Below are positions 48,841 through 58,478 of a DNA stretch of 64,000 bases, one piece after another; position 1 is the first letter of the stretch; each line of letters begins with the position of its first letter. This DNA comes from Marsupella aquatica. Taxonomy: Eukaryota; Plantae; Marchantiophyta. The DNA lies in NCBI GenBank assembly GCA_973895155.1, contig OZ316898.1:12799659-12863658 (forward strand). The letters are read 5' to 3'. The notes under the pieces were generated by a model. It saw only the letters and a program-made list of their open reading frames with translations, did no database searches and was not told the DNA's origin. Both the position numbers and the translations under genes were made by a program.

Positions 48841-49989
48841 ACCCTCCTTAGGTCAATCGTCGGTATCTACTCTCTCCCCGAGTGCTTGCCTAAGCAGCTG
48901 ACAATAGTTGGCCTCCCGTAGTCGTCTGCCTAGTTCGTGCTCGCAAATGAGCCACCATCTCCTGCAAGCGCTCCTTACCCCTCTCCTCTGCCGGTCCTTC
49001 TTCCCGTTGATCCTTCCTAGCCGCCGACGCTTAACGCGCCCTAACCCTAATCGGGTTTTCACCCTCAGCCTTACCTCCGGCCTCTGCCCGGGTTCCATGG
49101 TTGCCCCTAATTGTTTATATTTTCCTTGTTTTGTCCCTATACTAAGGTGTTCCTAGGGTGCCTTCCTGCTTTACCCACTTAACCGGCCGAGTGATTCCTG
49201 TCTAGGCATCACAAGTGCCTTCCGCAGCAGTAGCAAAACTCCCGAGTGACTCCCTCCTTCCGCAGCAGTAGTGATCACCTCCCTTGGTGCAACTGCGAAT
49301 GCGCTCTACTTGCAGCCCAAGGACTAAAATGTCCTCAGCACGCAGAGATGGAAGGTTGGCAATGGGAGAAGTTACATACGGGACCCACACCACCACAATG
49401 AGCTCGTAGTTTTACGAGGGAAAGTGAAGGAAATGCGCACCCTAGCCAGCCGCAAGGATGCACTTCCGCCTTGGTGTCTGCACCTTCTCCCGTCTCTCGA
49501 TCAAACGAAGCTCAGACATGTGTGACTAAATGGGACGTGCGACTAAACGGGACGCGGGAACGGAAAAGTTTCACCTGATGGTGGCGATCAACTCCATCCA
49601 ATGGTGCGTGTCCCCCGATTAACCCCCTCCCCCTTGAGATCGATATAACCCCCACGCCCATGTCATATAACCCCCCTAAACCCCCTTTAGGTGTCTTGAT
49701 AAAACCCCCCTAAAACCCCCTTTAGGTGTCTTGCTACAACCCCCCCTAAACTCTGGCAGGATCGGTTACATGCATGTGGATGAGTTAGCTAGGCCTAAAC
49801 TGCACTTCATGTAACACAAAACCCAAAAAAAGCCTCCCTAGCAAACCCTTATGCCCCTTGCATATAGTTCAGTCAATGGCTATGTAAAGCGTAATCCCAT
49901 GGCTCAGAATGTGTATGGGATCGGGTAAATATCCTTTAACCAAGCATATGGCACTACATTATTTTAAAAAGTGTTCAATGGCCACAATG

Positions 49990-50250
49990 AAAATGAATGG
50001 ACAAGTCAATTTTGTTGACTAAATTGGACTTGGCTTACTATTGGCCATTGTCTTATGTTGACTAAGTATGACTATGTAGTCAGACCTGAATGACTCATTC
50101 AATAGAGCAAGATTTTTAAAAAGTTCAATTGTCTTAAGTAGTCATATACATGACTACTAATGACTATCAAGTCTTGTGGGGTCTCAAAATAAGACTGATG
50201 TTCAAAGGTTGCACTTGCGTGGTCACCCCAGTCACAAGTGGTTTGGTCAC
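49990..50250. repeat. CACTA right subterminal repeats (TGACT/AGTCA)
   Basis: TTGACTAA, ATGACTA and TAGTCA motifs clustered before the right TIR. Confidence 0.75.
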
Positions 50251-50274
50251 GAAATGCCCCGGTTTCTACTAGTG

Positions 50275-51508
50275 TTTTCTCTATGGCACCTTGGAAGAAA
50301 AAAATTTCATGAGGCAACCACTGGGCTTTGTGAAGAAGGGCCAAGAGAGTTTAGTTTGTAGGTTGCTTAAGTCCTTGTATGGATTGAAGCAAGCTCCTCG
50401 ACAGTGGAACAAGCGGTTTGATGATTTCATGCTTGCACAAGGATTCACTAGGATGGTGTATGACCCTTGTGTGTATACAAAATCAGTCAAGAATGGTGTG
50501 TTTGGTTTGCTCATTCTGGTGCTCTATGTGGATGACATGTTGATTGCGGCTAAGGATCAAATTGAGGTTGACAAACTCAAAGCAAAATTGAGTTCTGAAT
50601 TCCGAATGAAGGATCTTGGGAAAGCCAAGAGGATCTTAGGTATGGAGATTACGAGGAACTTTGAAACTGGACAATTATGGCTGAATCAAGGCAAGTATGT
50701 TGAAAAGGTACTTGCAAGATTCAACATGGAAAATTGTAAGCCAGTAAGTATTCATTTGGCTCCACATTTCAAGTTATCATCGGCTTTCTGCCCCACGGAT
50801 CAAGTGGAGAGAGGCTTGATGACTAAGGTTCCTTATGAGAAGGCAGTGGGCAGTCTAATGTATTTGATGACATGTACCAGGCCTGATCTAGCCCTAACAA
50901 TGGGCAAAGTGAGTAGATTCATGTCAAATCCAGGGAAGGTACATTGGAAGGCTGTGAAATGGATTCTCAGGTATCTTAAGGGCACAATAGACTATGGTCT
51001 GTTGTTTGATAGTAGATCAAACAAAACCAAATCTTTGGTTGGCTATGTAGATTCTGACTACGGAGGCTGTCTGGAAACAAGGAGGTCAACGACTGGGTAT
51101 GTGTTTACTCTTGGAAGAGGATGCATAAGTTGGAGATCTATCTTGCAGAAGTGTGTATCTCAGTCTACTACAGAAGCAGAATATGTTGCAGCAGCAGAAG
51201 CAGCAAAGGAAGCAATTTGGTTGGATAAGCTGGTCACTGAGATGGGATTGGAGCATGGAAAAATGACTCTTCATTGTGACAGCCAAAGTGCGCTTCACCT
51301 AGCTATTAACCAGGTTATGGATAGCAGGGTGAAACACATTGACATCAGGTACCATTTTATTAGGCAAGCAGTGTCTGATAAAATGTTTGAGCTAGTCAAG
51401 ATTGATGGAAAGCTCAACCCGGCTGATGCTTTTACCAAAGTGATTCCTTTGGAGAGTTACTCAAGACACTGTGCTACTTTGCAAGTTTTGCATTTGCAGC
51501 ACAAGTAG
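50275..51508 (+). pseudogene. Outer copia RT-RNase H (3' part)
   Basis: FLYGTLEE...LLKSLYGLKQAPRQW...LYVDDML...GYVDSDYGG...KHIDIRYHFIR, continuing the RT interrupted at 29410. Confidence 0.93.
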
Positions 51509-51712
51509 AGTAACTTAATAATATATAATTTCTGTATATGGGTTACTCAATCCTGTTATGGCTACGGCTTAATTCTAGTTAACCCTTAGTTAACCTTAAA
51601 TGGTTTTTAGGGGGACACCTATGGTTTTAGGTGATTGTCTAGAATTTCCCGCTGAGTATCTCATATGGATAGCAGAAATTGCAGTCCCCAAGACTAGAGT
51701 CAAGGGGGAGTT

Positions 51713-52045
51713 TGTTAAGGATTGCTCTTAGTCTTGTGACTCATAGGTTACGGCACTTAGGCTAACCACAGTTAGGATCTTAGCTGAGGTTAGGTTAGTC
51801 GTGTGTGACCTTGTATATACCAGGGCTAGTGTAAGCCGCTGGTGGGTTGTGCTTACTGATTGTAACGGAGTAACTTGAGGAAGAGGGAGAGCATGTGTGT
51901 TCGTTTACTCTTGAAATAAAAGCTTGAGTGTTCGTGTGGACGTAGCCTTGGAGAAAAGGTGAACCACGTAGAGATTGTGTCGACTACGTGTGTATGGAAT
52001 GAATCATAGTTGTATGGTCGTTGCGAATGACGTCTTAGTTCAACA
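51713..52045 (+). repeat. 3' LTR of outer copia
   Basis: Direct repeat of 18368-18700, followed by GAGTC. Confidence 0.97.
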
Positions 52046-53149
52046 GAGTCAAGAAAAAGCAGTCAAACCTAGCAGCCATAAAAAAATCCAGAGTAAACTT
52101 AAAATACAAAACAACAAGGAAGAACACACGATAAAAGAAATTGAGGCCAGGTCAGTCAAGAGCTTCATACTTCACACTTCAATACTCAAGGGCTTAATCA
52201 AAGACTTTTGATGACATTGGGCTCTAAGATGTTACACTTTGAATTAAATTTTTGTTTCTTCATTACCACTGTTACTCTCTTCCTAATTTTTCTTGTGATT
52301 AAGTAAAGAGTATCAAACCTTTGGTGTTATGAAATGTTCATGTGAGCTAGTGTGTGCTAATCATTTGCTAGAAGATCAAGGTGTTGTGACTTGCAAAAAT
52401 GGAAGATTCCATAATAAGAAAATCAAGTTGCGTAAGAATCAAAACAAGAAATCTTAAGGAGTTAGGAAAGGTATGCTGATCTAATTATCTTAGTACCGCC
52501 AGAGGCCAGATAGGAGTCTTGGTTCATCCTACATTCAATTCTTCTAGATTCATAGAGATGGTCGACTCAATGTCACTAGCCTACATGATGGACTGGTGAT
52601 TGTCTTAACATACTACATATTGACTGTAATTCTCTCCTCTTTTGCCCTAGATTTCCATCATTTTTTAAAAAACTTTTTTATCTTTATTATTGATTGTACC
52701 TGGATGTGGATGTCACCCACATTATATGTATAATGGTCAAAATACTCCAAAGTCGGGAGAGTCTATAAATATTCATCCAACCTGGGAGATATTGGCTTAA
52801 AACCCTCAAGTGAGTTTAAATCATCTCTTGGATCCCATCCACTCCTAACTGAAATGATATTGATTTGTTAAGGAGTTAAGTTGTCATTTTCTTCTTCTCA
52901 CCTTGCTACAATGACAGCTACTCCAAAGAAAATATACACAAGTGCAATATCGGGCAAACACACAAGTAATCAACCGAAGAGATAAGCAGCACACAAGTAA
53001 TCAACCGAAGAGATAAACAGTTCACCTCTCCAAAGGTTACATCCACAACACAGGAGAGAGCTTTATTGAACTGTAGGCTAGCTAGCCATATTGAGTCTCC
53101 ATAGGCTAAGCTCTCTCTATCTCTTTAATGACTTTGTGCTGATTGCCCC

Positions 53150-53720
53150 CCTTGATACCCTCTTTAGATCATTGATACCCGCTTTAGATCATTGGATGAT
53201 CACACAAACTCCATCTTCGTGCAATGTTTACTAGACTTAGCAGCAATGTGCTTATTTCCCGTTGATACCAGCTTGGGATCGTTGGATGATCACACAAACT
53301 TCATTTTCCTACAGAGTTTACTAGACTTGGCAGCAATGTGCTTATTTCCCGTTGATACCTGCTTGGGATCGTTGGATGATCACACAAACTATATTTTCCT
53401 GCAATGTTTCCTGAACTTAAGAGCAATGTGCCATTATTTCCCCCTTCATACCTGCTTGAGATCGTTGGATGAACACACAAACTCCATCTTCCTGCAATGT
53501 TTCCTTGACTTAGGAGCAATGTGCCATTTTTTCCCACTTGATACCGCTTGAGATCGTTGGATGATCACACAAACTCCATCTTCCTGCAATGTTTCCTGGA
53601 CTTAGGAATGTGCCATTATTTCCCCCTAGATACCTGCGTGAGATGTTGGATGATCACACTAACTCCATCTTCCTGAAAGATTTACTCATGTAGCAGCAAT
53701 ATGCCATTATTTTCACTCAG
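53150..53720. repeat. Tandem repeat, 90-93-bp unit, about 6 copies
   Basis: Repeated GATCGTTGGATGATCACACAAACTCCATCTTCCTGCAATGTT..GACTT..AGCAATGTGC...GATACC. Confidence 0.9.
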
Positions 53721-54494
53721 TTCCCTCATGTCATGCATTTCGAGTCTATGCATGAAGGTTTTTGTCACCCATGGTCAAGGTCATTTGTTGTGAGCTCGTC
53801 TTTGTACAAATGCACACCAATAGTCATGGTTGTTTGTGCCTGGCTATGGTGATTACTGAGGAGTGGCCAATGCACACTTGACATGAAGAAGTCGGTGACG
53901 GAGCTAGAAGAGTCTACGATGAATGTACATATTGAAGCTCAGGAATTTTTTCATATGCAGTACAGGTGCTCCTGCTGGACAAACTGCAACAGACTTCGAA
54001 GTGAGCTAGAAGACGCTCACGGCATGCACGAGGACGTTGCTCACAAGCATGAGGAGCTTTCAGACGGAATTGATGCGAACTACTACTCGAGAACACCGAC
54101 CTCGTGGCGAATTTGCTAGCTCGCGTGTGTGCTTCGGTACGGGACTTGGCAGTGCAGAATACCTCTGGACGATAGCAGGCCAAAAAGAGTTCGCTAGCAA
54201 ACAGACAAAGCAATAAACTTGGACTATTTACAGTGTAGGAGAAAGTCCTATCGATCACAACAATAATTACTCCTGCATTAGTAGTTTTGCCATAATTATC
54301 GACCACGTGTTTTCGGGAGGGCACTTGCTTCTCAGAGGATCCGCCACTTCCTCCCACAGTTTCGCCTAGATCGGTGCCTCGTCTTTAGCATCGGTCATAA
54401 GCTCACTGTCTCACTCCCCTTATCGGTATGTTGTACTTTGCCAATGGACCAATTTCCGATCGATTAATTCCATCATCTGAATCTCAACAGGAGA

Positions 54495-55658
54495 ATGGGG
54501 CGAGAGATAGGAGAAGAGAGTTCCAACCCTCAGGAAGAAGTTCCGACGGAGAATGCAGCGGAATCACATAGAACAGCGGTGCAAGAGGCAGGAGTAGATG
54601 AGCTGATGCAGGAGGGAAGGCAGGAGCAGCTGTCTCCTGCCTGGAGCAGCCCGGACGATCCTCAACAGACTCTAGAATATCTCACAAATGGCGAGAATCG
54701 CAATCTCAAGAGCTTGGACATGAGTTATATAGACATGGGAGCTGACGAAGCGGATCGAATTGGGGACGCAGTGGCCTCACATCAGTCTTTGGAGGTGCTG
54801 ACTATAAAACTGGACTCGACTCTCGACGAGGAGAAGCTCTTGTCTCCAACCAGTACGTGGCCAATGGATAGTTTCCTCATCGCAGCATTTTTTGGGCCAC
54901 AAGAACATCGGAATAGCTCTGTCGTGTCCTTGTTCATTGCAGGTTCTGGCACGGATGGAGACCTTATGAGACTTGGGGTCCTTCCTCAGATGATTCGTAA
55001 CAATACCCACATACGTCAATTGGTGTTCCAATGGCACGGCGATGACGGCACGAGCAAGGGAGAGATGGCGGACCTTTTAGAAGCATTGCAGCAGAACGCT
55101 ACAATTGAAGTTTTGACTTTGCCCAACTTGGTGAGGTGGGATTTTCCGAATGATGAAGATCAGGGGTTCGTTGATGAGGAGTCCTTCACTCAGGTTGTGA
55201 AGCTTGTGCAACACAGCACGTCAATTCACAAGCTGGATCTCCACATTGGAGAGTGCAGAGGGCGCGATCCAGATGTGAACTTGGATGCATTCTACCGAGC
55301 TTTGAGTTCTAACACTGCCATCAGAATTCTTCGTTTGAGAGGGCCAATTTATACGCAGAATGTGGAGAGTGAATTTTCCAATTGGATACGAACGACTTCG
55401 ACTCTGAGACAACTGGAGTTGGAGAGCGATTTAGAGGAATCACCTGTGCTGACCGTGCTCTTCCGAGCCTTGGGAGATAATAATAGTTTGCAGAGACTCA
55501 GATTGGAGGACTTTCCAACCTCAGATGATGAGGATGTCATCGAAGAGTTGTTGAACGCCTTGAGAGTGAACTCAACTGTACAGGAGATTGTTTTCGACCC
55601 TGACTCTGAACGGGGAGAAGAAGTGAGAGAAGCCTTGAAGAAAAATCTTGAACGGTAG
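54495..55658 (+). CDS. Intronless RNI-like leucine-rich-repeat protein, 387 aa (resembles the LRR region of TORNADO1/Roco-type proteins)
   Basis: Repeats LKSLDMS, LEVLTI, IRQLVF, NATIEVLTL, IHKLDL, NTAIRILRL, TSTLRQLEL, NNSLQRLRL, NSTVQEI, preceded by L..AL..N helices. CAG acceptor 4 nt before the ATG. Confidence 0.75.
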   Translation: MGREIGEESSNPQEEVPTENAAESHRTAVQEAGVDELMQEGRQEQLSPAWSSPDDPQQTLEYLTNGENRNLKSLDMSYIDMGADEADRIGDAVASHQSLEVLTIKLDSTLDEEKLLSPTSTWPMDSFLIAAFFGPQEHRNSSVVSLFIAGSGTDGDLMRLGVLPQMIRNNTHIRQLVFQWHGDDGTSKGEMADLLEALQQNATIEVLTLPNLVRWDFPNDEDQGFVDEESFTQVVKLVQHSTSIHKLDLHIGECRGRDPDVNLDAFYRALSSNTAIRILRLRGPIYTQNVESEFSNWIRTTSTLRQLELESDLEESPVLTVLFRALGDNNSLQRLRLEDFPTSDDEDVIEELLNALRVNSTVQEIVFDPDSERGEEVREALKKNLER

Positions 55659-56189
55659 GCCCAGCAGCAATCTGACGGCGAAGTCATGGTTTTGCTAGTT
55701 CTGATTCGCTTTCTCATATGGGAAGTGTAAATCGTTGTGTGAGCTGACCAACATTTCATGACTTCAACCCTATTGTTGAGGCGTTCTATCAATGCAAAGC
55801 AAGAGATATGTTTTCGTTGCCCCATGATTACATTGTTTTATAATGCGGTTTAATCATTGGTTTCTTAACTTGAAGTTCTCTGCTGTTGGAAATGTCGATA
55901 CGCCTGAGATGATATTCATCAGCCTTTGCTGAATTATTTCCTGATTGGCTGGATTGTTATTTCTTTACGGGAGGTTTAGTTCACAGCTTGAAACAAAAGC
56001 CAGGATGGACTGCTACGTATGAATAGTCTCCGCACTGCACAGCATGGTACAGTGTCCAACAGTAATTCATCGCGCCACGATGCACAACCAGAGATAAGAG
56101 AAGTCGGAATGCTTCGCCCACCTACTTCGTGGCATACCAAAGTGCATCGATTGGTGTCATCGTGGCAGGATCAATTTCACAACTCAATC

Positions 56190-56370
56190 CTTGATTTTAC
56201 CAACTTAGTGAGCTTGGAGCTCCATATTGGGGAGTGCACAGGGGACAAGACAGATTTGAAGGCAGATACATCCTCCAGAATGGCAGCTAATATTTGGAGA
56301 TGAACAGCTTTGATAAAATTGGAGATGAACAGCAACCCGAAAGATGAATGTCGTGCTGAGGATGATGTCC
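56190..56370 (+). pseudogene. Degenerate paralogous LRR fragment
   Basis: TNLVSLELHIGECTGDKTD resembles SIHKLDLHIGECRGRDPD of the upstream gene. A stop follows, then TALIKLEM. Confidence 0.5.
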
Positions 56371-56489
56371 AGGTGAGCCTACCACACGGGGCGCCCCCGA
56401 TCGACCCTACTCGATGGACGGCGGGACGTACTGGGATATATACTGTAGTTGTGGCATGCAAGAATACAATACAACTTGTCTTGAAAACA

Positions 56490-58008
56490 TCAAGAACTAT
56501 AATAAAGAGTTGCCCCTTTTTTTAAAAATGGTTGATGTGTAATAAAAAATTTAAAGAAATTAGTATAGAAGAAACAAATTAACCAAACCCTACAAAACAA
56601 GTATAAACAATACTATTTCCCTCCATACTTTCCCCTATAGTGTGCCAATGGATTCCGACCTCTCGGACCCTTTGTACTTGCAAGTACATACAGTGACATA
56701 ATGTATTTGTCAAAACAATGAATATGTTTTTGAATAGTGTGCCAATGGATTCCGACCTCTAGGACCCTTTGTACTTGCAAGTACATACAGTGACATAATG
56801 TATTTGTCAAAACAATGAATATGTTTTTAAATGAAATGACAACACATTGAAGACAATAACTAAAGCTTTGTTGAGCTCATTTTCTTCACATTTTAATATT
56901 TATTATATTTTCTTTCACTTTGTACATTGTAATCTCTTTTGCATTTATTTATTATTTACACAATAACCTTTACCGCATATGACATCTTTCATGTAACCAC
57001 ATGTTTTGCGCAAGACTTTTTGAATTTGAAAATAATATTTTTCGCAATGATATAATGATATCTTTTGTGCAATGCACACCTATTGAACTATCAAAATCTA
57101 CAATAGAATGCTTTTGCAATTTTTGTCGACAGAGATTGTTAAGAGTGATCTTATATTTGTGCAATGAGGGATTTACAATATATATAGTTTACATAATGAT
57201 ATCCTTTAAATACAACATCTTTTGCGATATTTGTGCAATGAGAGATTTACAATATATATAGTTTATATAATGACATCCTTTAAATACAACATCTTTTGTG
57301 GAATGTCATCCTTCATGCATCGACATTGTTTGCAAAATGTCATCTTTTTATATAAATCACATTTTTTACTTAATGACAATTTTACACAATCCTATCTTTT
57401 GGTTAAGTGTATTGTTTACTAAACAGCTTCTTTTGTGCAAAGCCATCTTTTATTTAACAATGTCTTTCATGCAATGATATATTTTACACAAGTACATCAT
57501 AAGGATTGAACTCATCATGTGTATTCTCTTTTAAAATTATTATTTTTCACTTTTTTATAAATTATTGTATCTTCATTTGCACAAATATGCTATATTTTGT
57601 TGGCTAGGTGCTTTGCGCAGCTTCACCATTACACAACAATGTACATAGCTTAGTTAAGGACTTCTCAACTTAACATTGTTTACTAATAACATTTTGTACT
57701 TAATGTTCAACATGGTACACCATCTTTCACTATCAACATTCATTTACTTATCAACCATAACATCTTTCATTATCAACATTCATTTACTTATCCTATTTTG
57801 TACTAACATCTTTGGGTGGCGGCATGACATCCTTTTACTTTGACATAGCAAGTCTTTGGCACCATGATATCTTTTTTGATAACATATTTGATGAAAGAAC
57901 ATTTTTTTTCTTGACATCTTTTTACTTGACAACATATTTCACATATCGACATCTTTGGGGCCACAATATATTTTTACCCAATGACATGTCACACGGGTAT
58001 TAAGCTAG
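56490..58008 (+). mobile_element. Putative non-autonomous Helitron, about 1.5 kb, AT-rich
   Basis: 5' A|TCAAGAACTATAATAAAG. 3' hairpin TACCC..TGACATGTCA..CGGGTA, then CTAG|T at 58005-58009. Internal duplications: 98 bp at ~56637-56830 and a shorter one at ~57153-57300. The 5' boundary is less certain. Confidence 0.55.
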
Positions 58009-58478
58009 TATGCTATATTATTGAAGGTTTCCCCCGGACAAAAATCCTCCAATCCATTTCATGTTCCTTGTTACAGACTCATAATGCGATTGGTAACTAT
58101 TATCTTCGACAGTAAATCTTGAATACAGTATCACACTTCAACCTGCCATGGTTGATGTGATTCGCAAATGGGACTTTTTCTACTTGGGGCAAAAGGCTCC
58201 AGTTTCATCTGGAGAATCAGAAGGCCATCCGTAGACTAGACAAAGATCAGTGTCAAGATTGGAACACCCCAAGAGCTAATGAACCTGTGAGTACTCAAAA
58301 CAGCATGACCTCGTTTTTTACCATACCTCCCGAACGCTGTTGAACAGATTGCCACCCCCTACAAGTGTGGTTGCAATTTTGATCGGAGTCCACAAACATG
58401 GACACATTAATTGAACAAAATTTTCTCTAGGTGACAGCACCCTAAACCCTAACCTAACTCTCCGTAATGGTTACAAAT

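Larger units (their letters stand above)
29433..50274 (-). mobile_element. Large CACTA (En/Spm) DNA transposon, 20,842 bp, with cargo genes
   Basis: Perfect 18-bp TIRs CACTAGTAGAAACCGGGG (29433-29450) and CCCCGGTTTCTACTAGTG (50257-50274). Removing it, the 22-bp filler and one TTT restores copia RT QMDVVTAFLYGTLEE, consistent with a 3-bp TTT TSD. TGACT-rich subtermini; TnpD and TnpA genes inside. Confidence 0.96.
18368..52045 (+). mobile_element. Outer Ty1/copia LTR retrotransposon (Tnt1/Tork-like), carrying two nested insertions
   Basis: TG..CA LTRs at 18368-18700 and 51713-52045. TSD GAGTC at 18363-18367 and 52046-52050. PBS TGGTATCAGAGC at 18703. PPT AAGGGGGAG at 51702-51710. Domain order gag-PR-IN-RT-RH. 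Confidence 0.97.

Noticed and set aside
48841-48852. AAGGAGG Shine-Dalgarno-like motif before the 1113-aa ORF, suggesting bacterial origin
   Set aside because: Only 2 nt from the ATG and part of the in-frame codons K-E-G; the protein has plant-transposon-type motifs.
44700-49560. Separate nested LTR element around the PMD-like ORF
   Set aside because: No LTR pair, PBS/PPT or TSD found, so it is treated as cargo; origin remains open.
53192-53551. 119-aa repeat ORF
   Set aside because: Product of the 90-bp tandem repeat; the frame is lost in later units.
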